Shown: piece by piece, positions 9,986-20,037 of the stretch | How positions within the stretch are numbered: the first letter of the stretch is position 1 | How the letters are laid out: the number at the start of each line of letters is the position of its first letter | Origin: an uncultured Candidatus Bathyarchaeia archaeon | GTDB taxonomy: Archaea > Thermoproteota > Bathyarchaeia > RBG-16-48-13 > JAGMEO01 | NCBI GenBank assembly: GCA_964551465.1 | Contig: CAZKBR010000001.1 | Span: forward strand, 11,768-75,767 | Length of the DNA: 64,000 nucleotides | Direction of reading: 5' to 3' | Translations under genes and position numbers: made by a program | The notes under the pieces: generated by a model | Databases searched by the model: none | Told to the model about the DNA's origin: nothing | What the model saw: only the letters and a program-made list of their open reading frames with translations

Positions 9986-10642
9986 ATGAAAGACGAAAGG
10001 GCGGCTCTAATTCTAAAACGACTCAAAGAACGCTTTCCAACACCGAAAAACGCAGACAGATCACGAAGTCCGTTCCAAATTCTGGTACTCACAATCCTGT
10101 CTCAAAACACAAATGACAAAAACTCAAGAAAGGCATTTCAGAATCTTTCTTCCAGTTTCCCCATAACTCCAAAATCGTTAGCCAGTGCAGACGAAGAAGA
10201 CATCAGGAGGGCAATAAGGGTGGCCGGACTATGCCGCAACAAATCTAAGACCATTAAACATCTCGCAGAGGTAGTTTTGACTAATTTTAATGGCGATCTA
10301 ACGCCAGTCTTGAAAATGCCACTGGACCAAGCAAGAGAAAATCTATTGAATTTTCCAGGAGTCGGCCCAAAGACAGCAGATGTCTTCCTCTTATTTTGCG
10401 GCAACAAACCAACGATCCCCATAGATACACATGTTTTCAGAGTATCCAAAAGACTGGGCCTGTGTCATAAAGACGCTGATTATGAGGGAGTCCGTCGATC
10501 CTTACAAGAAATCTACCCACCAAATGAATACCTAGCACTCCACCTTTCGTTGATTTCACTTGGAAGAGCCTTGTGCAAGTCGAGAAAACCAGCATGTGAA
10601 AGTTGTCTCCTTCTGGACCTCTGCCCGTCTGGACACATGTAG
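9986..10642 (+). CDS. nth: Endonuclease III
   Basis: ILSQNT, PGVGPKTA HhH, IDTHVxR, C-terminal CxxxxxxCxxCxxxxxC Fe-S motif. Confidence 0.95.
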   Translation: MKDERAALILKRLKERFPTPKNADRSRSPFQILVLTILSQNTNDKNSRKAFQNLSSSFPITPKSLASADEEDIRRAIRVAGLCRNKSKTIKHLAEVVLTNFNGDLTPVLKMPLDQARENLLNFPGVGPKTADVFLLFCGNKPTIPIDTHVFRVSKRLGLCHKDADYEGVRRSLQEIYPPNEYLALHLSLISLGRALCKSRKPACESCLLLDLCPSGHM

Positions 10643-10743
10643 GAAGTCAAGACAGAGTGGGCATATATCGATCGCGATCGATCATTGCGTGCGAAGAGAA
10701 ACAATTAGGTCATGTTCTAACAATAATTGGCTGAACACCTTTA

Positions 10744-12039
10744 CTACGAATATGATTGCTCACTCAGAAAACTTGTTGAGATTCCAAGTTCCCTTCCGTG
10801 ACGGTCAACCTTCACCTGACCAAACTGGACAATATCCACCTTTCCCCGGTATGAGGCATAAAGTTTTAGAAGCTTTTTTTCGTAATCTATCCCATGGATC
10901 GTGCCTAGACCCAAAAATTCTCTGTCGTCATTCAGCAGACCGACCATTAACCATTTCTCATCACTCTCATTTATCATTTGAAGCTTCTTTTGAAAAACCT
11001 CTTCAACAGCCTTAATCTTCTCGTTATCAACTATTTCTTTTCCTTTCAACACAGCGAAGACGCTGCTTGGGTTTTCTCTACAGAATAGAATTTTTCGCCC
11101 TAAAATCTGACTGAGTTTCAATTCTATATCGGAAGACGCACTTTCGAGGCCCAGAAAAGTGTTTTCAAGCTTCACCCAGCCCATGGGGACACTCCTTAAG
11201 GCAGCGTTCTTCAAAAGCTTTCTGTAACCCTGCTCTCGCAGAAACTTCCTCTCTTCCCTGCTCCGTTTCCTTATTGATGATGAGGGGTCTAATCGAAGAA
11301 GATATACCGCGTTCCCTTCAACAGATGTCAGTATATCCTCTAACTCACCGTCGATCTGTATACCGATCACAGCCTCTGGTAAAATGGTTTTTATCATTCT
11401 AACTTTGTATTCTCTAGCACCCTCGTCCTGAACCCAGCCGTCAGTGTTTATCACGATAAAATCGGAACCCATCTCTAAAGCTTTCGCTTTCAGTCTGGTT
11501 AACCCAGAGATAACATTGTCTGTCACACCATTTGGACTTGTGTTTCCTACAAAATACGTCGCCATAGCTCCCTCGAAGAAGAGGTCGGTGAAAGGTTTCT
11601 TAACCCGTCCTAATCCTATCGTCCCGGGTGGACCTAAATCCGACTGACCTAGATCCGCGTCAATGATCGATATTTCGGACGCTGATGTCAATGCATTATT
11701 TATCATAAACGTACAGAATGCCGTTTTACCACAGTCTACATCCCCAAGAATCATCACCGTGTAGGGTCTGGGCAACGATAATAGATACCTTACTGCTTCT
11801 CTCCAAGAGACGGGAATGGTGCTCCCGCCGACTTCTTCAATTTCGGATCTTCTGCCATCAACGATCTCAAGGACAGAGGAAACCTCTGCTTCAAAAGGAA
11901 GAGATTTTCCCTTTCTCACGATAACATTATCTTTGACAGATAACTTAGCTCCTAGAACGCTTACCTTGCCTTTTAAAAGCTTAACCGACGAGGGACCACT
12001 GACCAGAATTGTCCTATCTTTTTCCACAGACCTATTCAT
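10744..12039 (-). CDS. Clp1/Grc3-family polynucleotide 5'-OH kinase
   Basis: GDVDCGKT Walker A, DADLGQSDLGPPG, INTDGW, RSREER, FLGLG. Confidence 0.9.
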   Translation of the reverse strand: MNRSVEKDRTILVSGPSSVKLLKGKVSVLGAKLSVKDNVIVRKGKSLPFEAEVSSVLEIVDGRRSEIEEVGGSTIPVSWREAVRYLLSLPRPYTVMILGDVDCGKTAFCTFMINNALTSASEISIIDADLGQSDLGPPGTIGLGRVKKPFTDLFFEGAMATYFVGNTSPNGVTDNVISGLTRLKAKALEMGSDFIVINTDGWVQDEGAREYKVRMIKTILPEAVIGIQIDGELEDILTSVEGNAVYLLRLDPSSSIRKRSREERKFLREQGYRKLLKNAALRSVPMGWVKLENTFLGLESASSDIELKLSQILGRKILFCRENPSSVFAVLKGKEIVDNEKIKAVEEVFQKKLQMINESDEKWLMVGLLNDDREFLGLGTIHGIDYEKKLLKLYASYRGKVDIVQFGQVKVDRHGRELGISTSFLSEQSYS

Positions 12040-12685
12040 GGCTCTTCCCCCTCGAAATCTCGGATCCTTTCCTCATTGATATCCTCACAGCGGACATGAT
12101 ATCACGCGTGGTGTGGCGATACTTTGACAGAGCCTCGCCGGTTCTTGTCGTTCCTTTCTCATTCACCAATTCCAATATGATGTCTAGTGGAAGGCATCTG
12201 TTTAGCTGTCTAACCAACTCTAGCTGATACTCCTTGGCGCCATTACCGATCTTTACCTTTTTCCTGTTCGCGTTTATCGCATTTAGGGCCTGCAGTATTC
12301 TTTGAGCTGCTTCTTCGGCATCAAAAACGTTCATTGACCTTAATATATTTCCGTCACCCATGACAGCTATGCCGAATGCCTTTCCTGGGTCAACACCCAC
12401 GATGACCTGATCGTATGTGGATTTATTACTGAGCATTTGAAGCGCCTTTTCTATAACATCCGTTGGATCGTCGTCCTCATAGTATACTAGAACCTTAGAG
12501 AAACGAACCTTCTTTTTTTCCTCATTCGTGGTGATCACAATCTTCACGGAAATCGGAATGGCATCCTCAGGCGTCAGGCTAACAAATGAAACCGCCCTCC
12601 TTGTTAACCCGTCAACCAGCCGATAGTACGCCTTTCCAGAAGTTGTGACGACAGCGATCTCTCCAAACACAATTAGACCCCGCAT
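12032..12685 (-). CDS. Hypothetical protein with C-terminal RNase H-like (YqgF/RuvC-like) domain
   Basis: IVGVDPGxxxGIAV, KIGNG, VNExGTT and D-x-x-SA motifs; start moved to ATG 12685 to avoid overlap with the divergent gene. Confidence 0.65.
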   Translation of the reverse strand: MRGLIVFGEIAVVTTSGKAYYRLVDGLTRRAVSFVSLTPEDAIPISVKIVITTNEEKKKVRFSKVLVYYEDDDPTDVIEKALQMLSNKSTYDQVIVGVDPGKAFGIAVMGDGNILRSMNVFDAEEAAQRILQALNAINANRKKVKIGNGAKEYQLELVRQLNRCLPLDIILELVNEKGTTRTGEALSKYRHTTRDIMSAVRISMRKGSEISRGKSHE

Positions 12686-12837
12686 CTTTCTATCCTTACA
12701 CAATTTCCTACAAATGATGAGAGCAGCCATCAATTTTTCTATAAATCTTTGTCCAGTGTTTATAAGCTTCGACACAAAAGAAGACGTTAAATTTACATTA
12801 ATTGTTGTATAAGAATAGGTTTTTGTAGGGGACAAAA

Positions 12838-13551
12838 ATGTTAAAGGAATCTCCAGTTGAACACATACAAACAAACTGCGGTGCAATTGACAGAATCTTA
12901 GAAGGAGGAATTCCTAGGGGGTATATTACCCTCATCTATGGACCGTTCAAAACGGGAAAAACTACGCTAGCGATACAGTGTGCAGTCACCTGTGCAAGAC
13001 AAGGAAAGAAGACGCTGTTCATAGATGCCGATAACAGTTTTTCCACCACACGATTAACGCAGATTGCTGGATATGACCTCGAATCAGTTGCCCCGCTGAT
13101 AATACTCTTCAAACCTAGGAGCTTCCAAGAGCAGAGCACTCTTATCGAAAATCTGGAGAGCTTCATATCAAAAAAAGTTGCATTGATGGTGGTTGACACG
13201 GTAACATCTCTTTACAGAGTTGAATTAGGAGGAGTAGAAAAATCCTTCGCTCTGAATCGAACCTTAAACAGGCAACTTGCGTACCTAGTAAAAATAGCCA
13301 AAAAAGGCCACATCGCCCTGCTACTTACAAGCCAGGTTCACAGCGTGTTAAGTAGGGAAGGTGCTGGAAGAATAGAGCCTGTGGCTGAGAGGGTTTTGAA
13401 GTTCTGGTCCCAAAATATTTTGCGACTTGAACTCTCTCAGAATCCTCGTCTTCGAGAAGTTTTTCTGGAAAAGCACCTAGGGTTCAGATTCAAAGACATC
13501 CGCATCTTGTTCGCTTTAACGGAGGGCGGTGTAACAGATGTTGAGCGTTAG
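12838..13551 (+). CDS. radB: RadB-like RecA-family ATPase
   Basis: IDRILxGG, YGPxxTGKT, VVDTVTSLYR, LEKH basic patch; no N-terminal RadA domain. Confidence 0.8.
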   Translation: MLKESPVEHIQTNCGAIDRILEGGIPRGYITLIYGPFKTGKTTLAIQCAVTCARQGKKTLFIDADNSFSTTRLTQIAGYDLESVAPLIILFKPRSFQEQSTLIENLESFISKKVALMVVDTVTSLYRVELGGVEKSFALNRTLNRQLAYLVKIAKKGHIALLLTSQVHSVLSREGAGRIEPVAERVLKFWSQNILRLELSQNPRLREVFLEKHLGFRFKDIRILFALTEGGVTDVER

Positions 13552-13610
13552 TTTTACCTATTGATCAGCAAAGAACTTTGGAACTAAAAAGTGAAGTTTA
13601 GAGTGGTAAA

Positions 13611-14093
13611 ATGCGGGAAGCCCTTTACAAAGCTATTCATGTCTTTTACGCTTTTCTTCCAGCATACTTTGCCAACGCGACTCCAACCATATTTGGCGGA
13701 GGACCGCCAATAGATTTCAATCGCAATTTCACCGATGGACAGAGAATCTTCGGTGAGAATAAAACGATAAGGGGGTTTATCGCAGGATTGGCATTTGGAA
13801 CGACCGTCGGCATTATGGAAAAAGAAGTCTTGCGCGGTTTCCTCCTATCTCTTGGTGCACTAGTAGGGGATCTGGCGGGGGCATTCATCAAAAGGAGGGC
13901 AGGTCTGTCACCAGGCGCTCCTCTTCCGATCCTTGATCAGCTAGACTTTATTGCCGGAGCGCTCATTCTGAGCTCACGCGTTTTTACATACGACACCATT
14001 ACAATAATCTTCGTAATAGTAATAACCCTAATTTTACATGTGTTCACAAATGTGATAGCCTATTTCCTCAAAATAAAGAGGAAACCCTGGTAA
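13611..14093 (+). CDS. carS: CDP-archaeol synthase
   Basis: PAYFANATP, DGxRIFGxxKTxRG, GDLxGAFIKRR, LDQLDF, KxxPW. Confidence 0.95.
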   Translation: MREALYKAIHVFYAFLPAYFANATPTIFGGGPPIDFNRNFTDGQRIFGENKTIRGFIAGLAFGTTVGIMEKEVLRGFLLSLGALVGDLAGAFIKRRAGLSPGAPLPILDQLDFIAGALILSSRVFTYDTITIIFVIVITLILHVFTNVIAYFLKIKRKPW

Positions 14094-14111
14094 CTAGATG
14101 CCTCAACTGAA

Positions 14112-14588
14112 TTATGCTGACCGCTCTTTTTCGTAGAGTACATAAAGAAAAGCCATCAGCAACGCGACTAGCACCAAAAAATGTAATCCTGTGACTGTCA
14201 ACTCAACCGCAATTTTCTTGAGCAAAAATATGTACTGGCATCCGATGAAGGATGTAAGTAGCAGGGCCACCCCTATCAGGAGTAACATTGCCGCCTGCCT
14301 AGGCTTATAGGCGTAACGAGTACTCTTATAGGAAACGAACACACCAGCAAAGCCTACCGCAAACAGAATGATTGCCACTATACTCTCAAACCACGACTGA
14401 TCCTGCAACCCATAACTATAACCAATGATCGGAGGGCTCATCATTATGTTGTAGACGCCGCCGGCGAGCAGGAAGATGGATATTGCGATCAGAAGAACGA
14501 TTGTAACTATGGCTGGAGGCTTCACCGACACGCGAGGGAGACGCATCTCTCTTAACCTGCTAATGATCCTTTTGACGATGGAAGCCAT
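14112..14588 (-). CDS. Membrane protein resembling oligosaccharyltransferase accessory subunit OSTC/DC2 or the OST3/OST6 TM domain
   Basis: SIFLLAGGVYNIMMSPP...QxxxE...LFAVGFAG pattern; divergent from the aglB locus. Confidence 0.65.
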   Translation of the reverse strand: MASIVKRIISRLREMRLPRVSVKPPAIVTIVLLIAISIFLLAGGVYNIMMSPPIIGYSYGLQDQSWFESIVAIILFAVGFAGVFVSYKSTRYAYKPRQAAMLLLIGVALLLTSFIGCQYIFLLKKIAVELTVTGLHFLVLVALLMAFLYVLYEKERSA

Positions 14589-14789
14589 GCCTATTCACTT
14601 TCCGTTGTGGGCATAGTTTGGTATATCTTAACTCAAATACTAGTATTCTGTTTTCTCCGTTTTATATCTAAATGTGCACCAATTTAAATCAGACTAATCT
14701 GTTGAAAACTTTTCTTATCTTCTCCATGCATAGCTAAACATTTAATACACCAATTCTTCACTTATATCTGATATGGAGGATCTTCTTTA

Positions 14790-14957
14790 GTGCCACAACG
14801 AATCGTTTGCACGAAGTGTGGTGAAGTTCTTTACAGCGGTTTAGAACTCCTACCTCCTGAGGACGTTATCCGAAAGCATAGTGGAAAATGCCCAAGATGC
14901 GGTAGCAAATTACGCTTTAAATCTAAGAACTTGGAAATCAAAATCTATAAGAAATAA
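14790..14957 (+). CDS. Small zinc-ribbon protein (55 aa; not in the ORF track)
   Basis: Hand translation MPQRIVCTKCGEVLY...KCPRCGSKL; GGAGG upstream; GTG start. Confidence 0.8.
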   Translation: MPQRIVCTKCGEVLYSGLELLPPEDVIRKHSGKCPRCGSKLRFKSKNLEIKIYKK

Positions 14958-14979
14958 GCATTGATGAGGCTACTAACAA

Positions 14980-17151
14980 ATGTCCAGTATACTCAAGAGA
15001 GTCGGGGAAGCATTAGGCAAGAGCACACCATTCTTTTCTCGAAGCATTAGGTATCTTAACAGAAAAATCTCAAGAGGAGACATAGCTTGGTTTCTGTGCG
15101 TTTCATCATCCGTAGCTATATCCGTCCTCATCCGTTTGCTTCCCCTGAACTGGGGATTTTCCCTCTCCGAATTTGACCCGTACTTCAATTACGATGTGAC
15201 CAGATTTGTTGCCGAAAAAGGCTTCTCAGCTTTTTACACAACGCCGCCTAGCGATTGGATGAGGTACTGGTACCCATACGGAAGAGATGTGCCACGCTCG
15301 TCCTTTCTAGGAATTCCATTTGCAGGAGCCGCCTTGTATTTCTTTGTATCAGCGCTCGGGATCTCAGTAAGTGTGCTGGATGTCTGTATACTCTTTCCAG
15401 TGGTTATGGCCGCAGCAACATGCGTCGTGGCGTATTTCTTGGGGAAGGACATCGGTGGCAAGGCGGTTGGCCTATTCTTTTCGCTCTTGCTTGCTGTGAA
15501 CCCGGCGTACATAGGACGAACTACACTCGGATTCTATGACGACGAGACAGTGGGCATCCTAGCCATGCTTCTCACATCTCTTTTCTTCCTACGTTCATTG
15601 GAGCCGAAAAAAGCAACTAAGGCTGGATTTTTGCAACTTGTTTGGACTGAGATTAAATCATTTAGAACCATTTATGCTGTCCTTGCTGGGCTCTCACTCG
15701 GCTATCTCTGCTTGTCTTGGGGAGCCTCCCTCTATATGCTCGGGCTTCTATCTTTGTTTACGTTTGCTTTGATAATCTTAAGGAAGTCCTCTCTGCGACT
15801 TATTATATCGTACATCACCATATTTGGGGTATGTGGTGTCTTGATATGGCTTTTTGCAACAAAAGCTGGTTATACCATTAGTAGTTTTCTAACGTCTTTC
15901 GAGTTTCTAGCTGCGATTGGTGTGCTTCTGCTACTGATTATGTTTGAGGCCGTAAAATTCATCAAAACTACCCGAGCCAGAATTACTCTTGTGGTCGGAT
16001 CCTTCATAGCGATAGGTTTGGCCGGGTATCTTCTTTGGCAATATAATTACATTTCACTTCCAGCTGCTAGGTTTATATCGGTTCTCAACCCGTTTGAACG
16101 GTTCAGCCAGCCAATCATAGAGTCTGTCCAAGAGCACAGAGCAGCAACATGGAGTGCAATATACTATGAGTTTGGTGTGGTCGTGTTCTTGGCTCTGTTG
16201 GGCTTGTATTTTGCTGCTAGGAACTTGACAAATCAAAACGTATTTTTGATAGTATACACACTCACATCCCTGTATTTTGCTGGTTCAATGATTCGACTAG
16301 CTGTAGTTCTGGCCCCTGCGCTTTGTGCGTTGGGCTCTTTGGCCATAGTTGAGGCCCTGAAGCCCTTTGTGGACATAGCTATGGAGAGGCCGTTTGCAAG
16401 GAGGAGGGTACGTTTCGCGCCAGTTCGCCCTGTTGGTAAGGGTTTTAGTTTGAGCTTTGCAATCATTCTATTCTTATTGCTGTCACTGACTTTGATGAAT
16501 GGGGTAGAAGCTGGTTATATGCCAACTACGATGGCCTCCTCATCCATGCCCGTGCGCGCGAACATTGATGACTGGCAGGAAGCCCTAGGTTGGATGAGGG
16601 AAAGCCTCCCAAGCGACGCTGTCGTCGTCTCCTGGTGGGACTATGGATACTGGATTTCAGTCGGTGCAAACAAGTCCACTTTAGCAGACAATGGAACATT
16701 GAACACAACGCAGATCGCTCAAATTGGTCGAATGTTCATGTCGAATGAGACGCAGGCACTAACCATTCTTAAGAATTTCAAGGCGACGCACGTTGTTGTT
16801 TTTACCACAATCGGTCTTTCCCTATTGGCGAGACAAACAATCTTGTACGGTGATGAGGTGAAGTGGACTTGGATGGCGGAGATAGCTGGACTAAATTCAA
16901 CAGAGTTGAGTGATAAATCGATCACTGAGCAGCTTGGTTTCAGTGGATTTTACATCCCTAAGGCAGACACGGTGCTCACAAAACTCATGGTTTACGGAGC
17001 CTTAGTTGACCCAAATATACAAAGCACATTGTACAACGCGGGCATCCCGATATATGACATATTGAGTCAAGTGGAGCCGGCACACTTCAAACCAGTCTTC
17101 ATCTCTTCAAATCGCATAGTGTTTGTCTATGAAGTGGAATACGGAACCTGA
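14980..17151 (+). CDS. aglB: Oligosaccharyltransferase catalytic subunit (STT3/AglB)
   Basis: EFDPY, GxYDDE, SVxEH, WWDYG and DNxT motifs; many TM helices. Confidence 0.96.
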   Translation: MSSILKRVGEALGKSTPFFSRSIRYLNRKISRGDIAWFLCVSSSVAISVLIRLLPLNWGFSLSEFDPYFNYDVTRFVAEKGFSAFYTTPPSDWMRYWYPYGRDVPRSSFLGIPFAGAALYFFVSALGISVSVLDVCILFPVVMAAATCVVAYFLGKDIGGKAVGLFFSLLLAVNPAYIGRTTLGFYDDETVGILAMLLTSLFFLRSLEPKKATKAGFLQLVWTEIKSFRTIYAVLAGLSLGYLCLSWGASLYMLGLLSLFTFALIILRKSSLRLIISYITIFGVCGVLIWLFATKAGYTISSFLTSFEFLAAIGVLLLLIMFEAVKFIKTTRARITLVVGSFIAIGLAGYLLWQYNYISLPAARFISVLNPFERFSQPIIESVQEHRAATWSAIYYEFGVVVFLALLGLYFAARNLTNQNVFLIVYTLTSLYFAGSMIRLAVVLAPALCALGSLAIVEALKPFVDIAMERPFARRRVRFAPVRPVGKGFSLSFAIILFLLLSLTLMNGVEAGYMPTTMASSSMPVRANIDDWQEALGWMRESLPSDAVVVSWWDYGYWISVGANKSTLADNGTLNTTQIAQIGRMFMSNETQALTILKNFKATHVVVFTTIGLSLLARQTILYGDEVKWTWMAEIAGLNSTELSDKSITEQLGFSGFYIPKADTVLTKLMVYGALVDPNIQSTLYNAGIPIYDILSQVEPAHFKPVFISSNRIVFVYEVEYGT

Positions 17152-17168
17152 GGACAAGACTGGAAGGA

Positions 17169-17942
17169 TTAGCTGATGTAAGGAATTTTTTCTCTCTCCG
17201 TCTTGCGTGAGGCTGTTTCAAACATCTCCATTCTCTTCTGGATTTCAGCCAATCTATTAGTGACCTCATCTGACTTTTCGATGACTTCATCTAGCTCTTT
17301 TAAGTCAATTTTAATGCCGAGAATTTCACGAAGCACCATTAGAACACTCTTTGCAGCTCTTGGATCAGGCACATATCCTGTGGTTTCGCCCAAGAGACAT
17401 GTAGCGTCTATCCCCCTAATTCTCGCTAGTCCCAAAAAGAGACCAGCAGCGCCAACGATCGGGTTGCCCGTCGGGCTAGGGATCGCACCTGCCTTTAACA
17501 CCTTTCTTTGAAGCACAGGGCTCGTGGAAGCACATATCACTCGGAGTTTTCCCCCTTCCCACGCTGAATAGTATCCTCCTATCGTGACTATTGTCCTAAC
17601 CCCGTATTTTTGGACAAAGTCCAAAATCTTGCTCACCATTTCATACTGACCGTTAATTGTTTGAGCTTGACCGTCCCCTGTCAGGAGGATCAAATCGTTG
17701 CCACCATTTCCCCTCAAAAAGTAAAACTCCGCTCGCAGAAGGCTAACATTTCCATCCTTATCAACAATGACGTGATGCGGAAAGAACGGAGAATACAACT
17801 CCGCAAACTTTCTTGCTTTCAATTTTTTCATTACATAGGAAATGGCAATTGCCCCTACGGACCCTAATCCTGGAAGTCCCTCCACCAGAATCGGGTTTAT
17901 GAGTTCAACCTTCATTTTAGCGTATATCGTTGTTTGTATCAC
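17169..17942 (-). CDS. PAC2-family proteasome assembly chaperone-like protein
   Basis: EGLPGLGxVG, TIGG, GAAGL, LLGETxG, DPxAA; conserved position after nop10. Confidence 0.88.
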   Translation of the reverse strand: MIQTTIYAKMKVELINPILVEGLPGLGSVGAIAISYVMKKLKARKFAELYSPFFPHHVIVDKDGNVSLLRAEFYFLRGNGGNDLILLTGDGQAQTINGQYEMVSKILDFVQKYGVRTIVTIGGYYSAWEGGKLRVICASTSPVLQRKVLKAGAIPSPTGNPIVGAAGLFLGLARIRGIDATCLLGETTGYVPDPRAAKSVLMVLREILGIKIDLKELDEVIEKSDEVTNRLAEIQKRMEMFETASRKTEREKIPYIS

Positions 17943-18120
17943 TTCGGATTCTCCTTTTCATAAACCCTCTGTACCTCAGGTACTTGTCATCTATTGAAAA
18001 ACTGGCTGGATGCGGAATTCGCACCTCTCCCCCACAGTATGGGCACCTGTCCTTATGTAGGGTGTACCTTCCACATATTCTGCATCTTCTGAGGAGTTGC
18101 TTCACCTTTCTTGGCCTCAC
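17917..18120 (-). CDS. nop10: H/ACA RNP protein Nop10
   Basis: CxxCGxYTL...CPxCG...PHPxxFSxDDKYxxYR. Confidence 0.93.
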   Translation of the reverse strand: MRPRKVKQLLRRCRICGRYTLHKDRCPYCGGEVRIPHPASFSIDDKYLRYRGFMKRRIRSDTNNDIR

Positions 18121-18911
18121 ACCTCGCGTTTGAAGCTCCCTTCACCACCAGCAGCTTTGATTCCTTTTAAGGCGATCTGGACTGCCGTCTCCAAAACCCT
18201 TTCTGCATCCCTATAATTCTTGGACGACACCTCGATTCTGTACCTTGGAGCACCTAGGACGTAAGTCTTCACGCTCGTTCCCTCAGGTCTTTCCACGCTT
18301 GAGGTCTTCTTAAACACTCTGCGTATGCGCTCGGCTCCGTCGGGTTTTCTGCACGAAATGCTAAGAACGCCCCTGACCTTAACTTTCGGTACTCTAATTT
18401 TCTCCCTAGCCATCTCGGATAAGACCTTGGCCCAACCCTCAGGAACACCGGCCTCCAGTAGGGCTGCTTCCCCTTTCTCATGCGCTTCTTCAAACCCAAG
18501 GTACATGCTTCCGTAATGCGCTTCTATCTTGGAACCAACATTCTTATAGGCCTCGTCTAGATTGGCGCTCATTTTCTCAGACGCTGCTCTCAGAATAGCC
18601 ATGCCCTTTCTCTCGCGTTTCCACTCAAGCAGCTTTGCACTACGCTCTCTTGCGGTGACCCTCCTCAACGAGAGGTCCACGTGCCCTCTCTTTGCATCTA
18701 CCCTCATGACCTTTAGGACCACTTTTTGGCCTTCCCTGACGTGGTCCCTGATGTTTTTCACCCACCTCGAAGAAAGTTCTGAAATGTGCAAAAGCCCTCC
18801 TTCGATGTTGTACTCATCGAGGGTGACGTATGCTCCGTATGGGACTATTTGAGTGACCGTGCTGATCACGAAGTCTCCGACTTCGGGCCACTCTGTGCTC
18901 TTACGCGGCAT
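18117..18911 (-). CDS. eif2a: Translation initiation factor 2 alpha subunit
   Basis: S1 domain YGAYVxLDEY, LHISE, VDLSLRRV; GAPRYRI. Confidence 0.95.
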   Translation of the reverse strand: MPRKSTEWPEVGDFVISTVTQIVPYGAYVTLDEYNIEGGLLHISELSSRWVKNIRDHVREGQKVVLKVMRVDAKRGHVDLSLRRVTARERSAKLLEWKRERKGMAILRAASEKMSANLDEAYKNVGSKIEAHYGSMYLGFEEAHEKGEAALLEAGVPEGWAKVLSEMAREKIRVPKVKVRGVLSISCRKPDGAERIRRVFKKTSSVERPEGTSVKTYVLGAPRYRIEVSSKNYRDAERVLETAVQIALKGIKAAGGEGSFKREV

Positions 18912-18965
18912 CGTATATTCTCTCCTTCAGATCATAATGATGAACGAAGAAGATGTAAGGGAGTC

Positions 18966-19166
18966 CTACCCTAATATTTTTAGTGCTTCTCCCCGAATCT
19001 TTGCTTTACCACCTGAGGGCTCAGCTAAGACCTCTCCGCAGACGGCACACTTTACAACTGTCGCGGCGCTATCGAAGACCACCTGCTCATTTCCACAGCT
19101 TAGGCATCTTACCAGAATGAAGTTGCTCTTAGATTTTGGTGTGAGACGTTCCGTTTCGCTCATCAT
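18966..19166 (-). CDS. rps27e: 30S ribosomal protein S27e
   Basis: SxFxxVxCxxCxNxQxVF...CxxCG...PxGGK. Confidence 0.95.
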   Translation of the reverse strand: MMSETERLTPKSKSNFILVRCLSCGNEQVVFDSAATVVKCAVCGEVLAEPSGGKAKIRGEALKILG

Positions 19167-19174
19167 GGACCCAG

Positions 19175-19453
19175 CTAAGCTTTTATCTCAATTTTCTTCG
19201 CTCTTGTTCCTGCCCTCTGGATTGTGTATCCACAGACCTTACACTTCAGCTTTAAACTCTGTTTTTTAGTCGTTTTGGCTGTTTTCCTCTGCTTGGGTTT
19301 CTTCTGTCCACCGTATCCTTTCTGTTTTCGACTGTATCTCCTCGCTCCCTCGGCTAGCACACGGTCCTTCCCCTTCTTATACAATGCAACGGTGTGTTCT
19401 GTGTGCTTGTTACACCGGGGACAGTAGGTCACCGAGACTTTTGGCGTCTTCAT
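19175..19453 (-). CDS. rpl44e: 50S ribosomal protein L44e
   Basis: TYCPxCxxHT, GYGGQ, KTTKK, CxxC. Confidence 0.95.
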   Translation of the reverse strand: MKTPKVSVTYCPRCNKHTEHTVALYKKGKDRVLAEGARRYSRKQKGYGGQKKPKQRKTAKTTKKQSLKLKCKVCGYTIQRAGTRAKKIEIKA

Positions 19454-19454
19454 C

Positions 19455-20009
19455 TTACGTTTCCACCCTTACTGCCACTCCCTTGCTTATTAATATTCGG
19501 GCGTTCTCGATAGGCAACGATGCTATGTCCTCCGCCTTAAATGGACCATAGGTCTTCATGTTTGCACCTACTATGGCGGGTATCCCTTCAATAAACCTCA
19601 CTACTATCCTTTTTGGTGTTTCTGTAGGTTCCTCCTCCACACGCAACTGCCGCCCTGCAAGAACATCCTTCAGAAGCCTGTTGGAAGAGTCTGTGACCGA
19701 CATCAGGCGATCATATACATGCTTTTCCTCTGGCGCGAGCACATCTTTGGCCAACATCCCACCTTTCAAGATTATTCCTAGGATCTTTCTATAGCGGATG
19801 TGGATCATGTTCCTAGTCATCCTTCTCGCGTTTTCACTCTCCCTGTTTATCAGTTTTGCCCTAATCGTTTCCTCATCCAGCATGCGTCTCTCTTCTTGGA
19901 GTTTTTTTAAATATAGACTAAGCTCACTGTAGAACTCCTTTGGTAAGGGTTGCAGCTCGTTTTTTCCCTTCTCGCTCTTCCACGCGTAGTACAGATCCTT
20001 ATACTCCAA
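19455..20009 (-). CDS. GINS complex subunit (Gins15/51 type)
   Basis: ELQPLPxxFY, RxRKI, C-terminal IPAIVGxxMKxYGPF...LPxxNA; follows priS. Confidence 0.85.
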   Translation of the reverse strand: MEYKDLYYAWKSEKGKNELQPLPKEFYSELSLYLKKLQEERRMLDEETIRAKLINRESENARRMTRNMIHIRYRKILGIILKGGMLAKDVLAPEEKHVYDRLMSVTDSSNRLLKDVLAGRQLRVEEEPTETPKRIVVRFIEGIPAIVGANMKTYGPFKAEDIASLPIENARILISKGVAVRVET

Positions 20010-20037
20010 ACCTTTCCTCTACCACTTTCTCTTTCAA

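Noticed and set aside
14645..14672. TTATATCTAAA resembling one arm of an archaeal dif site
   Set aside because: No matching second arm at the expected spacing, and the sequence lies in an AT-rich promoter region.
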